From an uncultured virus (IMG/VR IMGVR_UViG_3300031278_000001) (taxonomy: Duplodnaviria; Heunggongvirae; Uroviricota; Caudoviricetes), in IMG/VR virus record IMGVR_UViG_3300031278_000001: a stretch of 64,000 nucleotides of DNA; one strand, given 5' to 3'. The translations under genes and the position numbers were made by a program. Every line of letters starts with the position of its first letter. Position 1 is the first letter of the stretch. Of this stretch, positions 1 to 10,088 are shown in pieces. The notes under the pieces are model-generated. The model was not told the origin of the DNA. It did not search any database and saw only the letters and a program-made list of their open reading frames with translations.

Positions 1-44
1 TTTGATAATTATATTGCTGAGATGCCATATGATCCTTTTAAGTA

Positions 45-791
45 TTACATACCAAATTCTTTAAATCGTTCTTCAGCGTGAAGAGGAACTTCATCCAGAT
101 TAATGTTCTGCCTTTTCATTTTATTCTTCCGAACAATTTTGTTTTCCTCTTTCCATAATCTGGCAAAGAAAGGATTATTATTCCTATTCACTTTTAAAGG
201 TATTTTAGTTCCATCTTCTGTAATTTCATATTGTTTTTCCAATTTATCTAAATCAGATTTTCTTGGTGCAATATCTTCTTGTTTAATTTCAGAAAGTTTC
301 ACCGCTTTCAAATCACCAGAACGTAAAGATTCTCTAATAGATTCTGAGTGTAAAACTTCTTTGGATGTAAACAATTTGGTTAAATTCACTAATTGTCTAG
401 CCTTGAGAGCAAAACCATTTTTACCAAGATCTGGTAAAACTAAAAGACCATTAGTAAGATTTAAAACATAATCAATTTTTTCAGTATCGATAGGTTTAAC
501 ATCACCGCTAAGCAATCCTCTAGTTTCAAGTTCCTTGATTTGATCAGCTGATAAATTAAAATTTTTACTAGGCGTTTCATAAACTTCATCATATCCATCT
601 TTTTCATTAAATTCTGAGTGTAAAACTTGTTCAGAAGAACCTACATTGTCATCATTGGCAGAAAATTTATTCTCATCTACCACCTTATCAGTTAAATCAT
701 CACCCGACTCTTCCGGGTTTACCTTAGGTTCTTGTCCTTCGATGTTATTATCATTTCTTTTTTTATCATCATCTGTCTTTGTTAAAGCCAT
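45..791 (-). CDS. Hypothetical protein downstream of the major capsid gene
   Basis: ORF track 45..827; GGAGG RBS precedes the ATG at 791 (MALTKTDD). Confidence 0.6.
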   Translation of the reverse strand: MALTKTDDDKKRNDNNIEGQEPKVNPEESGDDLTDKVVDENKFSANDDNVGSSEQVLHSEFNEKDGYDEVYETPSKNFNLSADQIKELETRGLLSGDVKPIDTEKIDYVLNLTNGLLVLPDLGKNGFALKARQLVNLTKLFTSKEVLHSESIRESLRSGDLKAVKLSEIKQEDIAPRKSDLDKLEKQYEITEDGTKIPLKVNRNNNPFFARLWKEENKIVRKNKMKRQNINLDEVPLHAEERFKEFGM

Positions 792-894
792 TATAGCCCT
801 CCATCTTTTTTTACAAAAAAAAGCCAAATCTACCCCTGGGCAGACTTGACCTTTTTTAATTTTACCATTCTTGTCTTAATTAATCAACAATATA

Positions 895-1827
895 TTAGGT
901 AGTCAGTTTGAATTTGCCACGTCCAACTGCACGACTATTATGCACAATCATACCAAGAAGCTCATAACCAACAAAACCCAATAATAGATTGTCAGGTTGA
1001 TCTGCTGGTATAATTTCGGCGTCTGCTCTCATAGGCATCCATGCAACAAACTCAGGAGCAGCTGTTACATAGAAATAACTCTGATTAGAATCATTTGGCT
1101 CTATAAGATTAGTTACGTAGAAATTAGCACCCCAGAGATTACCTAAATAACCAGTCTGACGAATTTCAATTCTAGCTACTTCATCAATATTAGTTCGATC
1201 CCAACGTCTGATACAGGAAATTCCATCGGGGTTGGTTATAATGGAAGTTCCTAACAAACGCCATTTTTCAACTTCTCTCATAACAAGTGCAACAGTATCA
1301 TCATTCAAAGGTCCTGCAACAGTGTGCTCTGAATTAGTTTGTGTTGCAGCGGTAAAAAGAAGCGAGAAAATATAAAGATCTTCTTTTATTGCTAAAGATT
1401 GTTTTAGTCTTTGTTTTACACGATCAAACACCTTATATTTACGAACCCTTAATTCCCTATAAGGAATCTTAGGATGACTTACTATCTGAAAATCCGGGAC
1501 TATTGTACGAATTGCATTGACAACAGTATAATGAGAAGCACCATCTTTACCAATTAAGGCACCACTCCATTCCTCAATATCGTTATCATAATACATCATA
1601 GCACCATCTGGAATAGTCTCGGTGACAGCTATCCGTCTTCCTATAGGAGCATAATCAAGATGCTTCCTTACCGGATTAGCAAGAGCAGCAGCTATCTTAG
1701 CTAAACCCGTTCTAGTCTGAAGAGCAAGGTTTAAAGCTGCTTCTTTTTTAAGAGAATCTCTTTGAGCCTCTTCAGGACTTTTTCTTACACTAAGTTTATT
1801 AGCAGTTACTTTAATTTCTTTACCCAT
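895..1827 (-). CDS. Major capsid protein (probable HK97 fold)
   Basis: 310 aa; last gene in portal-protease-scaffold-decoration order; LANPVRKHLDY..IGRR..V..IPDGA...YD and GYLGNLWGA motifs resemble large-phage MCPs; GGAGG RBS. Confidence 0.85.
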   Translation of the reverse strand: MGKEIKVTANKLSVRKSPEEAQRDSLKKEAALNLALQTRTGLAKIAAALANPVRKHLDYAPIGRRIAVTETIPDGAMMYYDNDIEEWSGALIGKDGASHYTVVNAIRTIVPDFQIVSHPKIPYRELRVRKYKVFDRVKQRLKQSLAIKEDLYIFSLLFTAATQTNSEHTVAGPLNDDTVALVMREVEKWRLLGTSIITNPDGISCIRRWDRTNIDEVARIEIRQTGYLGNLWGANFYVTNLIEPNDSNQSYFYVTAAPEFVAWMPMRADAEIIPADQPDNLLLGFVGYELLGMIVHNSRAVGRGKFKLTT

Positions 1828-1845
1828 GTTTATCCTCCACTTTCA

Positions 1846-2334
1846 TTAAGGCGCTATATAAGTAATGCCTAATTCAATTTTCATTGCAGTAATCCTAGTC
1901 CCATCAGGTCCACCAACCACCGAGAGAACCTTCGCATAACAAACATCATCAGCCGAAAGATTATTAGTCCAAACCAAATAGTCTACACCACCAACAGTCT
2001 GAGTGGTTGGTTTTAAAATATCACCCGAACCATAACTCTGAGCGGTATCCCAAGGAGCAGTCCCATCAGTATAGATAGCAAAATCACTTCCCTCATTGGA
2101 TCCTTCTTCCAATATAACTTCAGCAGGGCCTTTGATTAAATCGCCGGCACCACCTAACTTATCCATTTCCCAGTTATTCATAGCAATTCCTGAAAAATTA
2201 CCTCCACCTGTTATAGTATCAGATAATTCATCATCTATTATATTGAGAGGAGAACCCCCCATATAAAAAATATCAGTAGAAGGATAAGATTTTGAAATTT
2301 TGTATAGATACTTAATATCTCTTTTAAGTGCCAT
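1846..2334 (-). CDS. Probable head decoration/cement protein
   Basis: 162 aa, Gly-rich and beta-like, between scaffold and MCP. Confidence 0.6.
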   Translation of the reverse strand: MALKRDIKYLYKISKSYPSTDIFYMGGSPLNIIDDELSDTITGGGNFSGIAMNNWEMDKLGGAGDLIKGPAEVILEEGSNEGSDFAIYTDGTAPWDTAQSYGSGDILKPTTQTVGGVDYLVWTNNLSADDVCYAKVLSVVGGPDGTRITAMKIELGITYIAP

Positions 2335-2352
2335 ACTTTACCTCCAATTAAA

Positions 2353-3513
2353 TTATAAAATAGATTTAAGATTGATAAATTGTCCGTCCCTGACCAAACT
2401 AGCATTTCCGTCAGTGTCTTTAAATTCATCAACTTCTTTCTTTAACATATTCAGTTGTCTAGTATTCATAGATGTCAATGTCTTTTTCTCTTTAAGAGAT
2501 TCCTCAGATCCAATAAGACCTTTCGCTTCCATATTTTCTATCAGTTCAGCTACAATTTCTTTAGTTCCTTTCTTCGCACCGGCTGGGGTTTGTTCCGTTA
2601 AAGCCATCTCAGGTTTCTTTGAAACAGAAGGATCTTTAACATTCTCTTGTGCGTTGACAAGAGCTTCTTGCTTATTATCCCCCCCTTCTTGGGCCTTAAC
2701 AACCTCACCCTTGTAAGGAGGTTTAGCCTTCACATCCGTATCAATTACAGGATTATACTCAGCTTTCTTCTCAATTTTTACTGCTATGTTCTCATTATCG
2801 TTAGCCTCTGTCTTCTCCACCCCGGTGTCTTCACCCTCATCAGTCAATTGAATTTGTTTAGCAAATCCTTTGGAAACTACTCCCCTCTTATTATCTGAAG
2901 CTACATGAGAAATTAAAGCTTTAACTCGTGCTCCCCTCAAGACGTTAATAGCCTCTTCAGGGTCAAGATCATCAATAACATTAAACACAGCAGTAAGTCT
3001 TCTAACCATGCCCTTTGCCCTCTTACAAGCCATTCTCAATCTAGCAGCTTTAGGTTCGGAAATTTTCTTAACCCTAGATACAATATCAGATATCATATCT
3101 AAAGCTTCCTGAGGATTAAGTTTCTTATCGATGTCTTTTTTAATTCTAGATTTCTCTAAATCAACTTTCTCTTCAGGTTTTTTAGTCTTCCTCTTGGTGT
3201 CAATAGTTTCCGGAGTCGGAATTGTGGGTGTTGCTACCTCCCCAGGTTCGGCAAAATTAACATCAACTTTGTCCTTTGAAATTTTTTTCATGTCAAAAGT
3301 AAATTTGTTGACATTTTGATCAAACCAAAAACCAACCGGTTCAAGTTTATATTTTCCACCCAGTCTTTTAGCTAAATTATATAAATATTCTTTAGCTTTT
3401 TTATAGGCTTCCTTTTTTCCACCTTCTTTCTGGAAAAAATTCAAAACTTTTGAACCTGTCTTTTTGTCAAGATCAATTATAATTTTACCTTTTCGTCTCA
3501 TAGGTTTATTCAT
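2353..3513 (-). CDS. Probable scaffolding protein
   Basis: Highly charged, low complexity, between protease and MCP. Confidence 0.55.
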   Translation of the reverse strand: MNKPMRRKGKIIIDLDKKTGSKVLNFFQKEGGKKEAYKKAKEYLYNLAKRLGGKYKLEPVGFWFDQNVNKFTFDMKKISKDKVDVNFAEPGEVATPTIPTPETIDTKRKTKKPEEKVDLEKSRIKKDIDKKLNPQEALDMISDIVSRVKKISEPKAARLRMACKRAKGMVRRLTAVFNVIDDLDPEEAINVLRGARVKALISHVASDNKRGVVSKGFAKQIQLTDEGEDTGVEKTEANDNENIAVKIEKKAEYNPVIDTDVKAKPPYKGEVVKAQEGGDNKQEALVNAQENVKDPSVSKKPEMALTEQTPAGAKKGTKEIVAELIENMEAKGLIGSEESLKEKKTLTSMNTRQLNMLKKEVDEFKDTDGNASLVRDGQFINLKSIL

Positions 3514-3704
3514 ACTTTACCTCCAAAACCAAAAATTAGTGGGACTACTTCTCAACAATTTATTTCCATATTCCATAGATAACCATAAAAAAAAAAAGAT
3601 AAAGCAAATATGAAAAAGCATTAATCCCTTTCATAAAACACACTTTATCTTTTATCTAAACTTAACTTATAAATTACTTCAACACCTTTATATAAAAGGA
3701 AACC

Positions 3705-3728
3705 CCTTCCCGAAAAAGTATACAAAAT
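3705..3728 (-). promoter_or_regulatory. 24-bp element (copy 1) upstream of the scaffold/capsid operon
   Basis: ccttcccgaaaaagtatacaaaat, identical to 52355..52378; both copies intergenic. Confidence 0.6.
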
Positions 3729-3856
3729 TTTACCCCTAAAAATTAAGTACTTGATAGACAATGAGAAAAGAAGAAAAAAAAATTACCTTGCGTTCACCTT
3801 CTTGAGAATGAACCAACTTTTAATGTCTTCAAATCTCAAAAAAAGACAACCAACCT

Positions 3857-4987
3857 CTATATTAAATCTTCTTCATCGAAAAGATGAGTTTTTCCCTCAA
3901 TCTTCACCTCATAAAGGCAAGCACTTACTTTTTTATATACTTTTCCAACAGTATCAAGAGAAGTAATATAAACAAGACTGCCTCTCTTAAACCTCTCTTC
4001 TATTTCACTTCTCATCTTCTCTTCCGTCTGGACAATTTCATTATCAAGATCAAAAGCTTCACAAGCAGAACTAAAAGCTTCCGGAAAAGCCATATCTTCT
4101 TGTTTCATCTTAGTAATAAGAAAATCTAAAGCTGACTTATAAACATCAGTATCTTCTTTTACCTCAGATTCATCAAGAGACTGAGAAATTCTTTCAATCT
4201 GTTTTTTCCTATCCACAATATATCTATTTAAAGGAAAAGATGCTAATCTTTCAATCATTTTAGCGTCAGGATCCGCACCTTCTCCACCAGCAAGCCCACC
4301 TAAATTTTGAGGTACAATAATAGAATCTTCAAAAAAAGTAATATCAAAACAACTCTCATAACACAATTTCTCTTCACCAGAAGAAGTTTTGATCATAGTA
4401 CCTTTAAAACCATTTCCCGGTAGTATATGGTCACAATATTCCTCATCATTAGTTGCAATATTGCCACATATAGAACATTGAGTCTCTCCGGCAAAACAAC
4501 CCATACTAGTATCAGTAATCTTTCCATCTTCGATCCAATCAACCAACAATGGAAATCTAGATGAAGCAACCGCCTTTTTATCTATAGCTAGAACATTCTC
4601 AACATACCCACCATCCACAAACACATCTTTATCCCCTTCTCGCCTAAATTGAGGGGGTATATATAAAGAGTCCAAAACCATACCAATTATAATATCGTCT
4701 TGATGATCTACTGACAACCTACAACCAACAAAAGTCATATTTCTTGTCTTCAATTCCTCATTAGGAAACCCATCACCGTTTTCATTAGGTCCATACCATT
4801 CTTCCGCTGAAATAGACCTATTACGGATATAAATATATCTCTCTGGATCAAGCTTAATCGGTTCAATAGCCGCAATTCTTTTACCAAAATTAGAAAAACC
4901 TTTAGTATTTAATGAATCTACTAAATTATTTATATTGTGATGGACTTCTACTATTTTCGTTTTGGTTCCAAATTTCCAAAAACCCAT
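3857..4987 (-). CDS. Probable prohead maturation protease with Cys-rich insert and C-terminal SH3-like module
   Basis: NENGDGFP..EL, VDH, DTSMGC (putative catalytic Ser), CSICGN..YCDH, GADPDA; position in head module. Confidence 0.75.
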   Translation of the reverse strand: MGFWKFGTKTKIVEVHHNINNLVDSLNTKGFSNFGKRIAAIEPIKLDPERYIYIRNRSISAEEWYGPNENGDGFPNEELKTRNMTFVGCRLSVDHQDDIIIGMVLDSLYIPPQFRREGDKDVFVDGGYVENVLAIDKKAVASSRFPLLVDWIEDGKITDTSMGCFAGETQCSICGNIATNDEEYCDHILPGNGFKGTMIKTSSGEEKLCYESCFDITFFEDSIIVPQNLGGLAGGEGADPDAKMIERLASFPLNRYIVDRKKQIERISQSLDESEVKEDTDVYKSALDFLITKMKQEDMAFPEAFSSACEAFDLDNEIVQTEEKMRSEIEERFKRGSLVYITSLDTVGKVYKKVSACLYEVKIEGKTHLFDEEDLI

Positions 4988-5000
4988 GTTTCCTCCTACC

Positions 5001-5525
5001 TTAAATTGCTAATATATTGCCCTTTTGGGCTAATTCTTTTTCCAATTGTTTTTTAATAGCTTCGGTATTAGTGTTCATAACATTTGCCAACTGTCTAACT
5101 ATATCATAAGTTAATAATACTTCAACTCCACCTTTTTGAACAACTTCATCTCCCAAACGAGCTAGAGCTTCATTAAAAATACCCATCTCAGCAGAACCTA
5201 TTTTGAGTTTCTCCCGAATAAACAGCCAAGAATAATTCTTACCCTTTAAAGTGGGAATAAATTTTACAGAAATCTGCTGAAGTACTGTAAGAAATTTACC
5301 ACCTCTAAGAAGAGGAATATTCTCTAAATGTTCAATATTTACATAAACTTTGATAACATTATTTTCCTCATCAATAACATACCGGTTCACAAAGTCTTCA
5401 TAATGAAAACCCATATGTTCAAAGAATTTTTGCACTTCAATTTTAGCCAAATCCTCAACAGTTAAATCTTCTGATGGTTCCTCATAATCTAAATGTTTAC
5501 GCACTGGATTGTTTAATCCCATCAT
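5001..5525 (-). CDS. KH-like protein with an N-terminal MCP-identical peptide
   Basis: GGAGG RBS before ATG 5525; LLRGGKFLTVLQQI resembles the type-II KH GxxG loop; NPVRKHLDY shared with the MCP. Confidence 0.55.
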   Translation of the reverse strand: MMGLNNPVRKHLDYEEPSEDLTVEDLAKIEVQKFFEHMGFHYEDFVNRYVIDEENNVIKVYVNIEHLENIPLLRGGKFLTVLQQISVKFIPTLKGKNYSWLFIREKLKIGSAEMGIFNEALARLGDEVVQKGGVEVLLTYDIVRQLANVMNTNTEAIKKQLEKELAQKGNILAI

Positions 5526-5655
5526 CAGGTTTATCCTCCTTCTTTGGTTCCTCATCATCATATATTTTCTTTAATTCAAAATCATTGGAATTAACTTTCT
5601 TAATAAATCTAAAAACTTGTTTAATCTTTCCTTTTCCTATTTTAACAAATCCCAT
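5497..5655 (-). CDS. 52-aa small protein (MGFVKIGKGKIKQV...)
   Basis: Translated by hand; GGAGG RBS; N-terminus resembles that of the protease (MGFWKFGTKTKIVEV). Confidence 0.5.
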   Translation of the reverse strand: MGFVKIGKGKIKQVFRFIKKVNSNDFELKKIYDDEEPKKEDKPDDGIKQSSA

Positions 5656-5664
5656 CTTATCCTC

Positions 5665-6873
5665 CTATAATTTAATTGGATCCTTTTGATCAAGAAGTTT
5701 ATGAAGATAAATATCTCCACTCTGTTTATCCACTTTCCATCTCTCATCTGAATTAACACTATTCAATGCTTGATCATAAACTTTAGTCTCTTCTATTTCT
5801 GATCCCTTTTCATTGAGAATAATATCAGCAATAAATTCAACATTCTCAGGAATAATTTTCCTTCCATCATAAGTGCAATCTTTATTCTCTTTCATTAAAT
5901 AATTGAGAACTTTAACAATAGCTGCTTTTTTAGAACTCGCCTCTACTTTATAAACATCTTCACCCATTGGAACACTATAACCTTTAATCTTATAATATCC
6001 CTTAATTAGGTCAAAAAGACCATCAACTTGAATATCGCTTTCCTTAATAGAAGCAGTATATCTCATATTAACAGAAAAATCTTTATCCACTATACGAACA
6101 CTTCCAGTAACATTACCCTCATTTTTATTATCTTCTTCCGGAACCACACTATCTATATGAATTTCATCCAATTCCAAGTTCTCATCAATATCAGTCAGAA
6201 TATTAGTTATCTTATCAGATGTCATATCAATGAGCTTTTGATACTGTCTATCCTCTTTAACCGAGTCTGAAAATTCACTGTCTACCGAAATTAAAGGTGA
6301 TATATGAGATACCGGTTCTTTCTCAGTAGTTTTTTCCACAACAATATCAGGGATCTGATCCTTATACTCCTCTTCATCGATCTTTTCTTTATTAAAAGAT
6401 TCAACAATCCTTTTTTCAATAGAGGTGGATAAAAATTTCTCACTTTTCTTATCATATCTCTTATTATCAAGGCTCACTACCGGATATTCATCGAGAATAA
6501 GTTTCGCCAATTTCTCAGAAGCATGTTTAGGATTGAAAGCTTTTGTCTCAAAGAGACTACCACTAACATTAACATTAAATTTACGAAGACCTAATTTCCT
6601 CTCAAAAGAATCCGATTCCAAAATAATTTCACCTTCTTCAACACGATAAGGGACCTGTACATCATTGCCAATAGCAGCTATAGCTATGGTCACAACACCT
6701 TTATTAGAGTCACTTTTATCACTGGTAACAATACGAGTGACTTCTGCTTCGAGATTATATTCACTGTTAAAATAAGAAGCTATATTCTTACTTATAAATC
6801 TTTCTTTTTCCTGCCTTTGATCTCTCTCAAGAACTCGACCAACATCAGATTTAAAATCATCACGAAATATCAT
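5665..6873 (-). CDS. Hypothetical head-module protein
   Basis: 402-aa acidic ORF directly downstream of the portal; RBS present. Confidence 0.6.
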   Translation of the reverse strand: MIFRDDFKSDVGRVLERDQRQEKERFISKNIASYFNSEYNLEAEVTRIVTSDKSDSNKGVVTIAIAAIGNDVQVPYRVEEGEIILESDSFERKLGLRKFNVNVSGSLFETKAFNPKHASEKLAKLILDEYPVVSLDNKRYDKKSEKFLSTSIEKRIVESFNKEKIDEEEYKDQIPDIVVEKTTEKEPVSHISPLISVDSEFSDSVKEDRQYQKLIDMTSDKITNILTDIDENLELDEIHIDSVVPEEDNKNEGNVTGSVRIVDKDFSVNMRYTASIKESDIQVDGLFDLIKGYYKIKGYSVPMGEDVYKVEASSKKAAIVKVLNYLMKENKDCTYDGRKIIPENVEFIADIILNEKGSEIEETKVYDQALNSVNSDERWKVDKQSGDIYLHKLLDQKDPIKL

Positions 6874-6887
6874 GAAACTCCTCCCTT

Positions 6888-9800
6888 TTAATTAATATTT
6901 TTTTCCTTTCTTTTAGATTTTTGTTTTTTTACTCTCTCAATTTCTTTTTCCCCTAATTGATGTACTATTTTCTCAATACTCGCCTTTGTTTTTCTACCCA
7001 ATTGTCCATTTGTTATCGAATCCAAAGCCTTACCAGGAATAGTATAATCAACTGTTCCTGATTTTTTAAACTCAGGGGGTATCAACATATTTGTCTCATT
7101 AATATCTGATAATTTCAGATCTATATTAAGACCTTTTTTCTTAACAGCAGTTTTAACCTCCTCAAATACTTTCTTACGCATTTCTTGATATAGCTTATCA
7201 TGAACACTTCCCTGCTCTGCCAATAATTGTTCAACCTCATAATCAAAATCCATATCAAACACATTACACAAAGTCTTACTCGAAATGAGATTTTTATCCC
7301 ATAAATTTATAGCCATATTCTTATAATTAGTATCATCTAAAAGATTCGCCTTATATTGCCAATCAAAATCAGGAATAACAGGAGTCCTATCTTTGTAAGG
7401 TCTCCTAATACCATGATCAAGATCACACTTTTTAATCTCATAAAAATCATGCTCAACAGCTACCGGCAAAAACACATTTTTCTTCCAACTATTTTCCAAC
7501 ATTTGTCTTACTGGAATATATCTGGACAATAAAACTCTAGCGCCAATAGAAGCATTGTTATAAGTAGGACCAACACCAGATGTCAATGCTTTATTCGTAA
7601 ATAATGCCGTGAGAACTCGCTCTTCTATTTGCTGAAGATCCGCAAAAATATTAGGAAACTTACCAGCAGAGCCAACCACTTCATAACTAACTACATTCGG
7701 AACAACAAGTTTAAAATCTGGTTGCTGAGTGGAATCCAAAATTAAATTAGATAAAGATTGTAAATATTCTTGCGTTGGGAAAAAACTATCAGATCCTACC
7801 TTCCAAATTTCTTTAGGCGCAATATGTCTTTCAGCTACCGCCATCTGGGCCTCCCTCAAACGAGTTTCATGAATCAAATCTATCAAAGCACGTAAGACAA
7901 TCGAAGAACCCCTAATTGCATAAGGACTCTTCCTTTGCATAATCATCAGATTGAAAGTATCCAATTCGATAGCCTCAGTTGTTTCAATAGCTTCTACAAT
8001 ATCATGAGGCAATTTACCTTTCATGGATTCGCCTTCTTCACCACTGGTAAATAATTCTTTTATACTCTCTCCAAATCTCAATTTATAAATATAATCACTT
8101 TCATTACCAAGAATAGGAGTACCTATTATATCAACATATTCCGGTTGTAATAAAGCCGAATCACTCCACCAACCTTCTTTATCATCCCAATATAAATAGG
8201 TGAAAACCTCACCTATCAACCACCATTCTCTAAGTTGATCATACATCAACATCAAGGCATTCATTTGATCCAACATATCTTCATAAAATTGATGTATCTT
8301 GGGATCAGTAATACCTTTTATTCCAAAACGAGAAAGAGGTAGTTCAGTATGTAAGCTGATGCAATTAAAACACCCCACACCTTGCACCATATAAGTATGT
8401 TCTTTCTCTACCTCAATATTATAAACTACTCCATCAAAAGTCTCTTTTTCTATAGAAGAAATTTGCCTATATATTCTTTTATGTTCAGTATCAACAAAAA
8501 TATTTCTGCGAATTAAACTCTGAGTTAAACTCTTCTTACAATCACCACCATACACTTTTTCAAATGCCCAACGAGGCATAACCCCCCTCCATCTATTATG
8601 CTTTCCTACGATATTCCAACCATCTTTTCTGTTTCCTTCTGTAGGCACTATTTCTTTTAATGACACAGGAATATGCAACCTCTCTGCTATAAATTTAATT
8701 TGCCAAGCCAAATCTTTAGACACCGTAACATAAACAACTTCTTTTTTTCCAAAATGTCCGTCTCCTTTGAGATAGGATAACAAAAACACCTTTTGAAACT
8801 CAAGAGAAGCATATACAATATCATCACTCAATTTTTTAGTGGATGCCCCTTTCCCCACATGCTTAAGACAAAGACTGGCTAATTCTGTAGAACTGACAGC
8901 CACTTGATTATAATTTTTAGTGTATGATAAACCAAGATTATCCAAGCAAGAATAAATCTCCTCAATATATTCCTCTTCCGAACGATAAAAACACCATTGA
9001 ACTTTATCATTACCTACAACACCACCATTTAAGTCTTTTAAATGTTTATGTAATTTATCTGAATATTCTTTTTCGCTCCATTTTTTCTCAGCTCTTTCAT
9101 GTATTCTCTTACTTTCTTGATCACTGACCAATTTAGAACCAGGAAATCTTTTCAGATATTCTTCTCCCTTAACTCCATGTTTAAAGCAAATATGAGAACC
9201 TAACTGTAAAAACTCTTTACCGCATATTTTGCACTTAACTTTTTCATCTTTCCCATATTTCTTAATAGGACGAGAATATTTTCTATATTTATTAACAAAC
9301 CCTTCAGCGGCATAATATCCCAACAATATTGCATGCTCTATTTTTAAATCGTTCTCTTTAACAAAATCATTCATGGTTGTTATCAGATAATCTTTGGGTT
9401 TAATTTTTTCCACTGTTATCTGTTCAATTTTTAAATCATTAGAAGAACATTCATGATATTTACAACACCCACTTTCACCAAAATAACATCTCTTCGGGCT
9501 TTTTCTAACTTTACCATTCTTATCTTTATAATTTTTAAATTTACATTTAAATTCTTCTTCTCTTATGACAGGAAACTTATGTTCCCCTGTAACTTTAATT
9601 TCCTCCCTTACTCCCATAATTTTAAGTTTGAAAATTTCACCCTCATATTTAGGATTAAAAGTCTTAGTAACTTTCCTAGGTTGAGATAAATGATTTAACA
9701 CTTCTTCCCCAACTTTAATTTCCTCAATATTTTTAACAGTACCGTCAGCCATATTCACAGGTGTTCCTTCCACAAAACAATTCCCCACCAATGGGTGAAA

Positions 9801-10076
9801 AGTATCAAAATAGCGGCAATATTGGTTCAAAGTCGCCATGTCCCACGGGATATAGTAATTAATAAAACTAAGCAAAGGAGAATACCATTGTGGAGCTTCT
9901 GTCTTTAAATCACCGGTACGCCTCATATTAGATCCTGCAGTAACTGCCCTGGAAGTATAACCATTGCCATAACCACCATACCCACCCGCACCTTTGAAAA
10001 CAGGAGCACCTATTCCAGCGGATACTTTTCGTGTACCCACTTCTTCAATAAAATCCCTAGGTCTCTTATCAATCAT
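6888..10076 (-). CDS. Portal protein precursor containing an intein
   Basis: Extein motifs HPLVGN|CISLHTELPLS, REWWLIGEVF, RGSSIV.RAL, GPTYNNAS; about 590 aa after splicing. Confidence 0.85.
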   Translation of the reverse strand: MIDKRPRDFIEEVGTRKVSAGIGAPVFKGAGGYGGYGNGYTSRAVTAGSNMRRTGDLKTEAPQWYSPLLSFINYYIPWDMATLNQYCRYFDTFHPLVGNCFVEGTPVNMADGTVKNIEEIKVGEEVLNHLSQPRKVTKTFNPKYEGEIFKLKIMGVREEIKVTGEHKFPVIREEEFKCKFKNYKDKNGKVRKSPKRCYFGESGCCKYHECSSNDLKIEQITVEKIKPKDYLITTMNDFVKENDLKIEHAILLGYYAAEGFVNKYRKYSRPIKKYGKDEKVKCKICGKEFLQLGSHICFKHGVKGEEYLKRFPGSKLVSDQESKRIHERAEKKWSEKEYSDKLHKHLKDLNGGVVGNDKVQWCFYRSEEEYIEEIYSCLDNLGLSYTKNYNQVAVSSTELASLCLKHVGKGASTKKLSDDIVYASLEFQKVFLLSYLKGDGHFGKKEVVYVTVSKDLAWQIKFIAERLHIPVSLKEIVPTEGNRKDGWNIVGKHNRWRGVMPRWAFEKVYGGDCKKSLTQSLIRRNIFVDTEHKRIYRQISSIEKETFDGVVYNIEVEKEHTYMVQGVGCFNCISLHTELPLSRFGIKGITDPKIHQFYEDMLDQMNALMLMYDQLREWWLIGEVFTYLYWDDKEGWWSDSALLQPEYVDIIGTPILGNESDYIYKLRFGESIKELFTSGEEGESMKGKLPHDIVEAIETTEAIELDTFNLMIMQRKSPYAIRGSSIVLRALIDLIHETRLREAQMAVAERHIAPKEIWKVGSDSFFPTQEYLQSLSNLILDSTQQPDFKLVVPNVVSYEVVGSAGKFPNIFADLQQIEERVLTALFTNKALTSGVGPTYNNASIGARVLLSRYIPVRQMLENSWKKNVFLPVAVEHDFYEIKKCDLDHGIRRPYKDRTPVIPDFDWQYKANLLDDTNYKNMAINLWDKNLISSKTLCNVFDMDFDYEVEQLLAEQGSVHDKLYQEMRKKVFEEVKTAVKKKGLNIDLKLSDINETNMLIPPEFKKSGTVDYTIPGKALDSITNGQLGRKTKASIEKIVHQLGEKEIERVKKQKSKRKEKNIN
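8364..9779 (-). mobile_element. 472-aa intein with LAGLIDADG endonuclease and inserted C2H2 zinc finger
   Basis: Block A CFVEGTPV, block B VTGEHKF, LLGYYAAEG and FLLSYLKGDG, block F VYNIEVEKEHTY, terminal FN followed by Cys+1. Confidence 0.92.
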
Positions 10077-10088
10077 TTATTACTCCTT

